Assembly (NCBI GenBank): GCA_963710605.1
Contig: CAVQBA010000004.1
Coordinates: 576,001 to 640,000 of the forward strand
Direction of reading: 5' to 3'
Source of the DNA: an uncultured cyanobacterium
Lineage (GTDB): Bacteria; Cyanobacteriota; Cyanobacteriia; Cyanobacteriales; Cyanobacteriaceae
DNA length: 64,000 nucleotides
Shown here: piece by piece, positions 42,129 to 51,978 of the stretch
Layout: every line of letters begins with the position of its first letter
Position numbering within the stretch: position 1 is the first letter of the stretch
Program-made: the position numbers and the translations under genes
Notes under the pieces: generated by a model
What the model was told of the DNA's origin: nothing
Seen by the model: only the letters and a program-made list of their open reading frames with translations
Databases searched by the model: none

Positions 42129-43946
42129 ATGACTTCATTTAAAGATTTAATCACATATTATAATAAGTATCGGTTTTTTGTCTTTTTAAGTATTGGAATT
42201 GCTGGTTTATTTGAATTAATTGATTTAGTAGTTCCTTACCTTGTTGGACAAATACTTAATATTATTTCGGGGCAAAATTTAGATCCATTTTTAATCGGTA
42301 TCGTCAATAAAATTAGTCGAATTATTAACCTTAATTGGCAAGAAAGTAATTTACAATTAGCAATTTTAGTAGCGATTATTTTTGTAATTACGGTAGTCAG
42401 AGCTCCTATTCAACCGTGGACAAGTTCTTGGTATAATTGGGAAATTGCCTTAAAAGCTCGTCGAGATCATTCTCAAAAAGCGATCGAAAAAGTACTAACG
42501 TTACCGTTAAGTTTTTATGATGAAAATAATCCAGGTAGAATAGCAGGAAGAGTTGCTAGAGGGATTTCTAATCATACATGGACATATCCTGAAGTGTCAG
42601 GGCAACTACTGCCTAAATTGATTCGTGTTTTAGGTATTTTTGTGGTGATTTTGTTGTTAGAAAAATCGATCGCAATTGGTTTTATCATCTCTTTTGGTTT
42701 GATTTTAGTTTTTACTTTAATTAGCTTAAAAGAATTAATTAAACGAGAACAATTGTTAGATAAATATCAAGAAAACACTGAAAGTAGAACCTCAGAATTA
42801 ATTACCAATATTAAAACAGTTAAGGCATTTGCGACAGAAGCACAAGAATTAAAACGCCAAAATAAAAGATTAAATCGTGAATACAAAATAGTTATTAATC
42901 GGATTCATTTAGGTTATGTAAAATTAGCAACTTGGTCGAGAACGATCGTACAATTGTCTTTATTCTTAGTCTTTATCGCTATCTTAATTCCGACAGTAAG
43001 ACAAGAAATTTCGCTCGGTCATTTTATTACAATTTATACTGTTGCTAGTATGGCTTATTCTGAACTTGAGCCGATTAGTAATTTAGCCGAGACTTTTGCC
43101 CGTCGTTATGCCTCGATGATTCGTTTTCATGAATTTATGAATTTACCTGTCTCTCCAGAAAGTGCGAGTTTGTTACCTGAAAATGTAGCAGAAAATATCT
43201 ATCAGTTTACAGGTGAAATTGAACTTAAAAATATTTCGTTTGGTTATCATCACGATCGATTAGTCTTAAATAAGATCAATTTATTAGTTAAGCCTTATGA
43301 AACTGTAGCTTTAGTTGGTCGTTCTGGTTCAGGTAAATCGACTTTAGTTAAATTACTCTTCCGTTATTTTGAACCTATTGAAGGTAATATCTTACTTGAT
43401 GGTGTGGATATTCGACGTTTCGATGTAGCAGGTTATCGTCGTCGTTTAGCGATCGTTCATCAAGAAGTCGATATGTTTAATGGTACAATTTTTGATAACT
43501 TAGTCTATGGTAATCCTCAAATTAGTAAACAAGGAGTTAGACAAGCCTGTCGTATAGCGAGGGTAGATGAATTTATTAATGAATTACCAGATAAATATAA
43601 CACGATCGTTGGTGAAAGAGGGGTAAGACTTTCTGGAGGGCAAAAACAACGTTTAGGTATTGCTCGGGCGTTGATTATGAATCCTGATATTTTGATTTTT
43701 GATGAAGCCACCTCAAGTTTAGACTACGAATCAGAAAGAGAAATTCAACTAGCAATGCGTTCTATTTTAGGTACTCGTACTACAATTATTATTGCTCATC
43801 GTTTGAGTACAGTTAGAGAAGCAGACAAAATAATTGTTTTAGATCAAGGTAAAATAGCTCAAATAGGTAATCATGAGCAATTATTAGCTCAAGGTGGAAT
43901 TTATCAAAGATTACATTCACTGCAAGAAAGTGGTGATTTATATTAA
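42129..43946 (+). CDS. ABC exporter, fused permease/ATPase
   Basis: GRSGSGKST, LSGGQKQR, FDEATS; ATG at 42129. Confidence 0.93.
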   Translation: MTSFKDLITYYNKYRFFVFLSIGIAGLFELIDLVVPYLVGQILNIISGQNLDPFLIGIVNKISRIINLNWQESNLQLAILVAIIFVITVVRAPIQPWTSSWYNWEIALKARRDHSQKAIEKVLTLPLSFYDENNPGRIAGRVARGISNHTWTYPEVSGQLLPKLIRVLGIFVVILLLEKSIAIGFIISFGLILVFTLISLKELIKREQLLDKYQENTESRTSELITNIKTVKAFATEAQELKRQNKRLNREYKIVINRIHLGYVKLATWSRTIVQLSLFLVFIAILIPTVRQEISLGHFITIYTVASMAYSELEPISNLAETFARRYASMIRFHEFMNLPVSPESASLLPENVAENIYQFTGEIELKNISFGYHHDRLVLNKINLLVKPYETVALVGRSGSGKSTLVKLLFRYFEPIEGNILLDGVDIRRFDVAGYRRRLAIVHQEVDMFNGTIFDNLVYGNPQISKQGVRQACRIARVDEFINELPDKYNTIVGERGVRLSGGQKQRLGIARALIMNPDILIFDEATSSLDYESEREIQLAMRSILGTRTTIIIAHRLSTVREADKIIVLDQGKIAQIGNHEQLLAQGGIYQRLHSLQESGDLY

Positions 43947-43947
43947 T

Positions 43948-44066
43948 AATTGACAATTGACAATTGACAATTGACAATGAATGAATTCGGAATTCGGAGT
44001 TAGGAAAGTAGGAGTGAATAATTAATCCTCCTTACTCATTACTCATTACTCATTACTTATTACTCA
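43948..44066 (+). repeat. Heptamer arrays (AATTGAC)x4 and (TTACTCA)x~5
   Basis: Read directly; STRR-like. Another array, (TTAACTC)x4, at 45160..45187. Confidence 0.85.
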
Positions 44067-44073
44067 TTATTCT

Positions 44074-45177
44074 GTGACTACTAATCAACCCAAATTATTA
44101 ATCGCCGCTAGTGGCACTGGCGGACATCTTTTTCCTGCTTTAGCTGTTGCCGAGCAGTTAGATAATTATCAAATAGAATGGTTAGGTGTACCTAATCGTT
44201 TAGAAACAACACTCTTACCTTCCTCATATCACTTACATACGATCGATATCGAAGGATTTCAGACAAGCCTAGGTGTCAAAACATTGATTGTTATGGCAAA
44301 AATGCTTCAAGCGATCGCTAAAACGTATCAAATAGTCAAAAATAACGAAATAGACTTTATATTTACCACAGGTGGTTACATTGCCGCCCCGGCGATTATT
44401 GCCGCTAAAATGGCGAAAATTCCCGTTATTTTGCATGAATCGAATTATATACCGGGTAAAGTAACTAAAGTTTTTGGTAGTTATTGCGATTGTGTTGGTA
44501 TTGGTTTTCCCGGTACAGAAAAATATTTACCTAAAGCGAAGACAAAATGGGTAAGCACTCCCGTTAGAGATGAATTTATCACACCACAAAAATTAGAATT
44601 AGATATCCCTGAAGAAGCTTTCTTAATCGTCGCCATGGGAGGCTCACAAGGAGCTGTGGGACTGAATAAATTAGTAAGGCAGTCAGCACCTAGTTTGTTA
44701 GAAAAAGATGCTTACATCGTTCATTTAACAGGGAAAAACGACAAAGAAGTAGGTAGTTTTCAGCATCCACATTATTTAGAAATGCCATTTTACGATCGTA
44801 TGGGAGCATTATTACAAAGAGCGAATTTAGCCATTAGTCGCTCTGGTGCTGGTGCTTTAACCGAATTAGCGATTACAAAAACACCTTCAGTTTTAATACC
44901 TTATCCTTATGCGGCAGAAGATCATCAGTATTATAACGGACAAGAATTTGTGAATGGTAAAGCCGCCTTGATGTTTCGAGAAAAACAGCTAACCGCCAGC
45001 ACTGTCAAAGATTTAACTACCGATATTCTCACCAAAACAATTCTTGATTTATTAGAAGATGAAGATAGATTAAAGACGATGAGTGAAAATGCAGGGAATC
45101 TAGCTTTGGCTGATAGTAGTGATATTTTAGCTCAGATGATTACCCAAAATATAAAACAATTAACTCTTAACTCTTAA
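44074..45177 (+). CDS. murG: Undecaprenyl-PP-MurNAc-pentapeptide GlcNAc transferase
   Basis: GTGGHLFP, TGGY, HESN, GGSQGA, SRSGA, DHQ. Confidence 0.96.
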   Translation: MTTNQPKLLIAASGTGGHLFPALAVAEQLDNYQIEWLGVPNRLETTLLPSSYHLHTIDIEGFQTSLGVKTLIVMAKMLQAIAKTYQIVKNNEIDFIFTTGGYIAAPAIIAAKMAKIPVILHESNYIPGKVTKVFGSYCDCVGIGFPGTEKYLPKAKTKWVSTPVRDEFITPQKLELDIPEEAFLIVAMGGSQGAVGLNKLVRQSAPSLLEKDAYIVHLTGKNDKEVGSFQHPHYLEMPFYDRMGALLQRANLAISRSGAGALTELAITKTPSVLIPYPYAAEDHQYYNGQEFVNGKAALMFREKQLTASTVKDLTTDILTKTILDLLEDEDRLKTMSENAGNLALADSSDILAQMITQNIKQLTLNS

Positions 45178-45312
45178 CTCTTAACTCTTAACTAAATTGT
45201 GTGTAATATAAGTTCGTTATTGTTTAAAATACTTAACGAACAAACTAGATTAGGTAAGGTATCGTATAGATAGATATATATAAATAAGAGTTTTTGAAGA
45301 GGTTATAAAAAT

Positions 45313-45828
45313 ATGAATACGATCTTTTCTACCACTCGTAAAGAAATCAATTGGTCAGCAATTATATTATTTTCTTTAGGATTTTGGTTGAGTGGCAGTG
45401 TTGTTTTAGATTTTGTCTTGATACCTAGCTTATCAGTTAGTGGCATGATGAATGGTACTGATTTTGCTAGTGCTGGTTTTTTGATTTTTGGCGTTTTTAA
45501 TCACATTGAAATAGTTTGTGCTTCGTTGATTTTGACTGGCACTCTCGTTTTTTCTGCACGAGGTTATTTAACCCAAGATAGAAAAGCGATTAATATTGTT
45601 TTTGCTAGTTTATTGTTATTGATTGCTTTAGCATATACCTACTTTTTTACTCCTAATTTAACTGCATGGGGTTTATTATTCAACCAATTTAGTAGTGGTG
45701 ACATTACCGCAATGCCTACAGCGATGAAGTATTGGCAAGGTAGTTTTTGGTTTTTAGAAGTAATGAAATTTGCGATCGCAGGAACTTTGTTACGTTGGCA
45801 TTATCGTAGTAGTTGTTCGATTCACTAA
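45313..45828 (+). CDS. DUF4149-like membrane protein
   Basis: Four TM segments; FWLSGSVVLD...FGVFNHIE. Confidence 0.65.
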   Translation: MNTIFSTTRKEINWSAIILFSLGFWLSGSVVLDFVLIPSLSVSGMMNGTDFASAGFLIFGVFNHIEIVCASLILTGTLVFSARGYLTQDRKAINIVFASLLLLIALAYTYFFTPNLTAWGLLFNQFSSGDITAMPTAMKYWQGSFWFLEVMKFAIAGTLLRWHYRSSCSIH

Positions 45829-45869
45829 TATTTCGATCGATTTTATCAATAATTGAATTTTATCTTTTT

Positions 45870-45900
45870 ATCCCGTTTTTGTAGAGCGGGATTTTTTTTT
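45870..45900 (+). terminator. Intrinsic terminator
   Basis: ATCCCG...CGGGAT stem followed by a T-run. Confidence 0.8.
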
Positions 45901-46126
45901 GTTTGTTTGTAGAATAAAAATGAAACAATTTTTCGTTGAAAATATTAGTTTACAGATTCGATAGGCTTACTGTACCAAGTTAGTCGAAATTCAGTGCTTA
46001 GCAACCTCTATTAGCCCTGTCAACAAATTGACAAAGTGGGTTAAATACTTAAATTTTATTCAGGTTTAATCAGTTTAATACTGTAATTTTTCTTGAAAAG
46101 TCTTAATGAACAATTGATCAACGAAA

Positions 46127-46155
46127 TAAGAAAAACCCAAAAATAACTGGGTTTT
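46127..46155 (-). terminator. Probable terminator downstream of the tRNA 3' end
   Basis: AAAACCCA/TGGGTTTT stem with T-rich tail on the minus strand, ~60 nt after the tRNA fragment. Confidence 0.55.
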
Positions 46156-46214
46156 ACTCGAATTTAAACCCTAGACCATGAATTTCTCTGTCTGTTTGAA
46201 ATTATAATTTTAAA

Positions 46215-46256
46215 TGGCTGAAGCGAGATTTGAACTCGCGACCAAGAGCTTATGAG
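46215..46256 (-). tRNA. 3' half of tRNA(CAT), probably elongator Met; att-site duplication, not an intact gene
   Basis: Minus strand CTCATAA GCTCTTGGTC GCGAG TTCAAAT CTCGC TTCAGCCA = anticodon loop, T-arm and acceptor 3' strand; no D-arm or 5' strand upstream. Confidence 0.88.
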
Positions 46257-46265
46257 ACGAAGAAA

Positions 46266-46454
46266 CTATTCATCATCAAAACCTTTCCCCACTTGATAAC
46301 CTGTAAGGAATCCAAAAACACCAGTCATGGCTGACAATGATAAGGTTTCTAGTGTTGCCAAATTTTTATCGTGAAAACTTAAGTACCCTATCAAAGAAAA
46401 TAAAAAGATTAAAAAAATTAGAGCAACTTTAAAATCAGGATTACCTCCCCTCAT
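46266..46454 (-). CDS. Small two-TM protein (holin-like candidate)
   Basis: 62 aa, two hydrophobic segments; last gene of the minus-strand cluster. Confidence 0.5.
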   Translation of the reverse strand: MRGGNPDFKVALIFLIFLFSLIGYLSFHDKNLATLETLSLSAMTGVFGFLTGYQVGKGFDDE

Positions 46455-46752
46455 CTTGTTTATTGGCTTCTTCTAAAGCACTACTTAAAGTATTAATTGC
46501 TTTTTGTTGGTCTTGAATTGTTTGGTTTAAATTAAAGATCTCTTCTCTATAATCAGCCTGCCCATCGTATAAAATTTTGATCATTTGTTTGTCTTCTTGT
46601 ATCAAAGAATCAATTTTTTGACCATTTTGACTATGTAGAAAAGCGATCGCCGAAAAAATTGCGATTATAATGGCGACTCCTGTAGTAATAATATAACTAT
46701 CCATTTTTTTGTAGGCTAATATAATTGATAAGAAAATTTTATGAAATTTCAT
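46441..46752 (-). CDS. TM-anchored coiled-coil protein
   Basis: Hydrophobic segment then heptad-like C-terminus; overlaps both neighbours. Confidence 0.6.
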   Translation of the reverse strand: MKFHKIFLSIILAYKKMDSYIITTGVAIIIAIFSAIAFLHSQNGQKIDSLIQEDKQMIKILYDGQADYREEIFNLNQTIQDQQKAINTLSSALEEANKQDEGR

Positions 46753-47062
46753 TCTGAATTAAAATAACAGCCGATGGTGGGTAAATTATTTTTTCCTCAT
46801 CCATTTGTAACCCACAACATTTTTTACCTCTTAAATCAATCTTTTTCATTGAGGTATAAGTATCAAGTTGATTATCATACAGTCCCCATTGTCTTAATCC
46901 TCTAGGCTTTGCTTGCCAGTGGAGTAATTGAAATTTACCCGATAACTGAAAGTGGTTAATTATTGAATTGAAATCAACAATTATTTTATCTTTGTCTTCT
47001 GGTCTGTTACTCCAAGATATATTGAATTTAGCTTTATTTAGCTTGATTATACTCTGGTTCAT
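46739..47062 (-). CDS. Hypothetical element protein
   Basis: 107 aa, operonic packing. Confidence 0.65.
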   Translation of the reverse strand: MNQSIIKLNKAKFNISWSNRPEDKDKIIVDFNSIINHFQLSGKFQLLHWQAKPRGLRQWGLYDNQLDTYTSMKKIDLRGKKCCGLQMDEEKIIYPPSAVILIQNEIS

Positions 47063-47064
47063 TT

Positions 47065-47523
47065 TTAAACTTCTTTTCCCTCGTGAATACCATTTAAATT
47101 AGCTAAAGTGCAGTACAAAAATCCTTGGTTGATAACAGTATTTGGTCTTAGTTGCACGATCCAGTTATTGGAAATAATTAAAGGAGCAAACGAAATAATA
47201 TAAATTTCACCAAAATTTACAAAATTATTTTGTAAATTTAGTGTTGCTTCGTAATGATGGAAACTGCTGCTTGGATCTATCAAAGTTAACCTGATTTCAT
47301 CTGTCGGTGTGATCGCATTGACTTTTTTGATAGCTAAAGATTTTGCCATTAAATCAGCATTACTGATTCTAGAAGCGTGCCATTGTAATCGTTGGTTTGG
47401 TTGTAAGTTGCCTGTTATTAATAACTCGTATCTAGGTAAAGGCTCACTAGGATAAATAAATTTATTTACCTCATAAGATGCTCCGATCGTATTATTAGAC
47501 AGAGCTAGTGGGTTAATGTCCAT
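47065..47523 (-). CDS. Hypothetical, candidate virion protein
   Basis: 152 aa, alternating hydrophobic pattern suggesting beta strands; 2-3 nt gaps to neighbours. Confidence 0.65.
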   Translation of the reverse strand: MDINPLALSNNTIGASYEVNKFIYPSEPLPRYELLITGNLQPNQRLQWHASRISNADLMAKSLAIKKVNAITPTDEIRLTLIDPSSSFHHYEATLNLQNNFVNFGEIYIISFAPLIISNNWIVQLRPNTVINQGFLYCTLANLNGIHEGKEV

Positions 47524-47526
47524 ATT

Positions 47527-48051
47527 TTATAAAAAAGGTAAAAGAAGTGAACTACCTGCGGTAAGTGGTGGTAGAGCCGTAGTGGAAAGCCCCCCTGTTA
47601 TTGGTATCAACGCTGATGACAAAGCAATAAGAGCGGTATTTTGAGCTAATTCATTACCAATTTCTAATGAATCAATTATTACTCTTTGTTTCTGCGTTTC
47701 TCGTATTTCTTCTATCTGTTCTTTTATCGTTTTCAGAGATATTTCAGGAAAGAAAGCATAAATTTCTATATTTATATTTTCTGTAGTTAGAAAAGCTCCA
47801 TATAATTTATCTGCTTCTTGATATTCTGAAGGAATGGGGTAAACAAAAAAACTATCAAGGGTATTGTTCTCATTCAAAATAATTAATTTGTTCTGAGTTG
47901 CTGAAACAGGAAACTGTAAATTAAAATCGATTACAATTTCATCTGATATATCAGGTGCTAACAGAAAAATAGCTGTTGCACCTGTTATTTCTTCTGTTCG
48001 ATTAATTTGTTGTCCTGTGGCTAACCCTGAGTAGATTCGTTTTATAGTCAT
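47527..48051 (-). CDS. Hypothetical, candidate virion protein with hydrophobic C-terminus
   Basis: 174 aa; beta-like N-domain, short coiled coil, hydrophobic tail. Confidence 0.65.
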   Translation of the reverse strand: MTIKRIYSGLATGQQINRTEEITGATAIFLLAPDISDEIVIDFNLQFPVSATQNKLIILNENNTLDSFFVYPIPSEYQEADKLYGAFLTTENINIEIYAFFPEISLKTIKEQIEEIRETQKQRVIIDSLEIGNELAQNTALIALSSALIPITGGLSTTALPPLTAGSSLLLPFL

Positions 48052-48053
48052 AG

Positions 48054-48482
48054 CTATGATGATTCAATTTTGTTAGGTCTAATTTCCGAAAATCGCTTTT
48101 CACCAAAGTATCGCAAACAACTACCAATATTTAAAGGATTAAACTTATTTTTAACAATAAACAGTATTTCTCTCAAGCAATTAGCTGTACCTATTGTTGG
48201 TGGTTCAGGCACGTAAATAGTTACTTGAGCTTTACCTGTTGCATTATCTGGTTCTTCGTACTCTGTTACAGTTCGTCTCAAGTTGCTTGGATCACCCCAA
48301 ATTTTATCTTTTACTCTTTTTTGTTCTGCCAATTGAAAGCAATTAGGCAAATCAATAAACCTATTTCCTAAAATATCTTTATCGATTCTTTGAGTACGAA
48401 TAAATTGTTGTCCGTTATCAGCCGTATAGACAAATTTTATTACTTCATACCTTCTTGTTTTAGCTGGAGGTAAAAGTGCCAT
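48054..48482 (-). CDS. Hypothetical, Y-x-x-D-x-G / RR / C-x-x-Y-x-GE paralog family
   Basis: YTADNG...NLRR...CLRYFGE. Confidence 0.7.
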   Translation of the reverse strand: MALLPPAKTRRYEVIKFVYTADNGQQFIRTQRIDKDILGNRFIDLPNCFQLAEQKRVKDKIWGDPSNLRRTVTEYEEPDNATGKAQVTIYVPEPPTIGTANCLREILFIVKNKFNPLNIGSCLRYFGEKRFSEIRPNKIESS

Positions 48483-48844
48483 TATAATTTCAGGTTTAAG
48501 AAATAATCATTAAATTGTTCGCCGATCGTTTCTAACTTGATTTGTAAATCATTAATCGCTTGAAAATCAATGTTTGTAAAAGGTTCGTAATATTCTAATT
48601 CAAAAATTGAATTATGATCTTCGATTAATATTCGTCTTTTTTTCTGGATTAATTTTGACTGACAGTAAGCCTTTTTATTGCCAGAAAATAGATTGTATCC
48701 ATCAATGGGGATATAATTTGAAACTTGCAATAATAAATCAGCAAAAGGGATAAAATCATTAGACTCTTTGTTAATCCCTTGAATGAACGGCTTTTCATTT
48801 TTTAAAATTATGCCAATATCTGTCTTATAATTGCAAAGAATCAT
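48482..48844 (-). CDS. Hypothetical, same paralog family
   Basis: YKTDIG...CQSKLIQKKRR...ETIGE. Confidence 0.7.
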   Translation of the reverse strand: MILCNYKTDIGIILKNEKPFIQGINKESNDFIPFADLLLQVSNYIPIDGYNLFSGNKKAYCQSKLIQKKRRILIEDHNSIFELEYYEPFTNIDFQAINDLQIKLETIGEQFNDYFLNLKL

Positions 48845-49596
48845 TATTCTCCAAAAACATAATAATCTTGTGCATTCTCTATTGAAGTACCTTCGTATCC
48901 GAGGCAGTTAAAATTAGTCATCACGGTTGCACCACAAGTTTTTATGTCTGTTTCAGTGTTTTGAGAGACAATTATTTGTCTACTAATTACTCCCCCTGTA
49001 GCTGAATTAGATCTTTGCCCCTTAAATCTACGAGGTTTAAGTCCACCGCCACTAATTCCGCAGGATAGTGCGTCTGAGCCTAATATTTTATCTAAACACT
49101 CTTGTTGTGCTACAAAAATAGAGCTTGGTAAAGTCTCGATCGATGTGTTTCTGATTATCGCATCATTTGCACCTCCGCCATCTAAATAATAGCGATATTG
49201 AAAACCAGATTTTGCTGGTTTCGTTGCACCATCAATTGGAGTGACAGCATAGTTGCCCCCTAAAATGCCAGGAGGAATTGCTTTCCATTTTTCTCCTTTA
49301 ATAACTATACAAGCTACATTTGGATTTGCTCCGTAAACACTAGCAAAAGAAGGTACTTGAGCCAGCGTAGGAATAGGTAACTCAATGGAAGTATTGTCAG
49401 TAAAAACTAAAATACCTTTTCTCATGGAAAACAATCGCCTAGCTCCACCACAACGAGGTGTTATAGCTGTCGGCAAAGGTTGAGAAAAAGGGACGGGTAC
49501 TTGTTCTTGGCGATCAACAGAAAATCTAATGTCAAAATAGAGATCACCAAAATCACTTTGATATTGATCTACTACGTAACTATCTTTATTAGCCAC
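48844..49596 (-). CDS. Hypothetical, tandem two-domain member of the paralog family (capsid-protein candidate)
   Basis: YQSDFG..C..FSMRK..CIVIKGE and YYLDGG..C..LKPRR..CLGYEG. Confidence 0.75.
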   Translation of the reverse strand: MANKDSYVVDQYQSDFGDLYFDIRFSVDRQEQVPVPFSQPLPTAITPRCGGARRLFSMRKGILVFTDNTSIELPIPTLAQVPSFASVYGANPNVACIVIKGEKWKAIPPGILGGNYAVTPIDGATKPAKSGFQYRYYLDGGGANDAIIRNTSIETLPSSIFVAQQECLDKILGSDALSCGISGGGLKPRRFKGQRSNSATGGVISRQIIVSQNTETDIKTCGATVMTNFNCLGYEGTSIENAQDYYVFGE

Positions 49597-49607
49597 TTGT
49601 TTTTCTC

Positions 49608-49955
49608 CTATGCTTCTGGCACAATACTTGCTACTGTGCTGTCATAGGCTATGTCAGCGTTGACCGCAAAAATATTTCTGATTTGCCCTACATTTTGCTG
49701 TGCTAATGATTGAGTTTTAGTGATTGTCAATTCTGCGGGTTTTACGCTGTCAGCTAAAGCGTTAACGTTCGTGTTTGCTGTTTCTAACAAGACTCTAATT
49801 AGTTCCGCACCGTCACCAGTACTTGGTTCTGCTTCTGCGCTAGAAATTCCAGACAACGAAGTTAAAGGAATACAAATTGATTCTGCTGTTACTGAGCCAT
49901 TAGCGGCGACTAATTCGATACCAGAGAAAACAACGCTAGGTGAAATTTTAGGCAT
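49608..49955 (-). CDS. Hypothetical, candidate virion protein
   Basis: MPKISPS...; Ala/Ser-rich, first gene of the packed cluster. Confidence 0.7.
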   Translation of the reverse strand: MPKISPSVVFSGIELVAANGSVTAESICIPLTSLSGISSAEAEPSTGDGAELIRVLLETANTNVNALADSVKPAELTITKTQSLAQQNVGQIRNIFAVNADIAYDSTVASIVPEA

Positions 49956-50015
49956 AATGTGAAAAATCATTTTTTAATTCAATAATTTTCACTTTAACCA
50001 ACAAGAAAAAAAATG

Positions 50016-50237
50016 TCAAGGTCGATATAAGTCAATCTCTGTGAGAATTTCAGCGATTGGTTTTTCTGTTTTATGTTGTGTTTGCTGTGCTATTTTTTTT
50101 GCATTTAAAATAGTTAAATATCTTCTACCAGAATAATAAATAATACCTAAGTATCCATTTCGCTTTATTTGATTGGCAACATCATAGTAAGGCAAGTTTA
50201 AAATTTTTGCTAATGCAGCAGGTGAGATTAATTTCAT
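50016..50237 (-). CDS. Small HTH-like DNA-binding protein
   Basis: ISPAALAKILNLPYYDVANQIKRNG resembles an excisionase/HTH pattern. Confidence 0.5.
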   Translation of the reverse strand: MKLISPAALAKILNLPYYDVANQIKRNGYLGIIYYSGRRYLTILNAKKIAQQTQHKTEKPIAEILTEIDLYRP

Positions 50238-50400
50238 ACCAGTATGGAGCTATATAAGTCCATATATAAAATCTTTTAGTAAAAATACTATAATATAATA
50301 TAGATTTTAATAATAACAAAAACGCTGAAATATTTAAATTTTAAATACTTTAATAAAATCAGTATAATAAATAAATATTGTTTTTTTATTTTTTTAATTA

Positions 50401-50706
50401 ATGCTTATCCGTAATCATGTAGAGTATTTGACAGACTCAAATGCAATTTTAAATATTATTGTAAAATATGAAGAAAATACAAATAATACTAGATTAAGTA
50501 TTGGTGGATTAAATCACAATCCTGTGGTTTGCGGGTTTACTTTAGAAAGAAAATCATTAACGCCTCGATATGTACAGCACAAATCACTTGGCAAAATCGT
50601 ATTCAAAACTCATTCAGCTTGGATTAGTTATATACAAGGGAATAAAGATAATATACAATCGGCTACAGGTGAACGTATAAATTGTACAGGTTTATATTTC
50701 ATCTAA
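50401..50706 (+). CDS. Hypothetical, opposite-strand member of the paralog family
   Basis: YLTDSN...CGFTLERKSLTPRYV...ATGE. Confidence 0.65.
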   Translation: MLIRNHVEYLTDSNAILNIIVKYEENTNNTRLSIGGLNHNPVVCGFTLERKSLTPRYVQHKSLGKIVFKTHSAWISYIQGNKDNIQSATGERINCTGLYFI

Positions 50707-51976
50707 CATCCCATTTTGCCGCACATACCCACTGTTTGTGTTCTTGATTCCACATTACAAGAGTTACAGAGTAAGGGAAAAAAGTTCCAGAGCTTACGGC
50801 GGGGGTGTTGGTAAAAGTCTTAGAGAAACTACCTTCAATACTCACCGATTCGGAGCAAAAACCATCAATCAAAGGTCCGACAACAGAATCTAAAAATGAT
50901 TCTTGATCATCTACGCTATTATATGTGGCAAAAGTTCTTAAAATACCAACTTGACTATATCCATCTGAGTTGATATTTTTTAGTTTTATTTGATGCAGTT
51001 TTTTTCCCATGTTCAAAGAGGTGGGTAAAACTGCTTTTATTTCTTCTACTGTATAATTAATTAATTCATCTTTGCAAAAAGGAATTGTCAACTCTTTTTT
51101 TCGCTTTCCATTGTCTATACTTGGATTATTAAATAAAATATGAATCTGAGTACCTTTACCTCCTTCTTTATCGTCATAAAGAGACAACGGGATGCAACAC
51201 TCACTATTTTCTGAATTAGATGTTAATTCAAAAGGTTCTGATTCAGGATCTATTTTTAGTGGAGGACAAGGTATTTTCGTTATTCCTCCTGTACCCAATA
51301 ATCCTGTAATTGCATAATTATCGATTATTGCATTACGATCGTTGTAATATTCCGATATTCTAGTAATTGCTTCAATTCCTAATATAGCTATAGGTTTTAA
51401 GTATTTTGGCAGTGGCAAAAGAAGAAAAGCTAGTTTAGCAGCATCTTTTATTTTATCTTCTGCTATTTCTCTTACGATTTCTTCAATGAGAGCGGTTGTT
51501 TCAGAGAGTAGGTTTTGCCAGAAATTTTGTTCAATTTCAGGGTCGCACCATGGAATTGGTTCTGTGAAATAAGGTCGAGCTAACAGACAGCCAAAAGTTC
51601 GATCGCTTAAACCTTCTTCAATCTGTATTTTATATTCAAACGTTGTATCACTGCTGTTATTGATTGGATTTTGATATTTCCTTTTTGGAATATCGGGAAA
51701 AGTAATCAGAGGATTAAGTTCGATAGTTAGGTTGGTATAAAGTCTACGTGGTGCAGGTTTCACCCTATTTTTTGGTGTTTGTATAGGTGAAGGGGTGGCA
51801 TTTGGAATAGGTTCAATCGATTCGGGCTTTAATGCCCAGTGTGGAACAGTTCCGCCGGCTACTGGTTCAGCATCGAAAAAGTCAATCAGAACTTCTGTCA
51901 GCACACCTACAGGACTAAATTTTATACCGTATTTAAGCAGACTCAAAGGCGATAATGTTTTTTTTAAATTAGGCAT
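50699..51976 (-). CDS. Hypothetical element protein with Pro-rich N-terminal region
   Basis: 425 aa, 2 nt after the upstream stop. Confidence 0.7.
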   Translation of the reverse strand: MPNLKKTLSPLSLLKYGIKFSPVGVLTEVLIDFFDAEPVAGGTVPHWALKPESIEPIPNATPSPIQTPKNRVKPAPRRLYTNLTIELNPLITFPDIPKRKYQNPINNSSDTTFEYKIQIEEGLSDRTFGCLLARPYFTEPIPWCDPEIEQNFWQNLLSETTALIEEIVREIAEDKIKDAAKLAFLLLPLPKYLKPIAILGIEAITRISEYYNDRNAIIDNYAITGLLGTGGITKIPCPPLKIDPESEPFELTSNSENSECCIPLSLYDDKEGGKGTQIHILFNNPSIDNGKRKKELTIPFCKDELINYTVEEIKAVLPTSLNMGKKLHQIKLKNINSDGYSQVGILRTFATYNSVDDQESFLDSVVGPLIDGFCSESVSIEGSFSKTFTNTPAVSSGTFFPYSVTLVMWNQEHKQWVCAAKWDVR

Positions 51977-51978
51977 TT

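Noticed and set aside
46215-46290. Intact tRNA-Met gene
   Set aside because: 5' acceptor strand, D-arm and anticodon 5' stem are absent; a coding ORF ends 10 nt away
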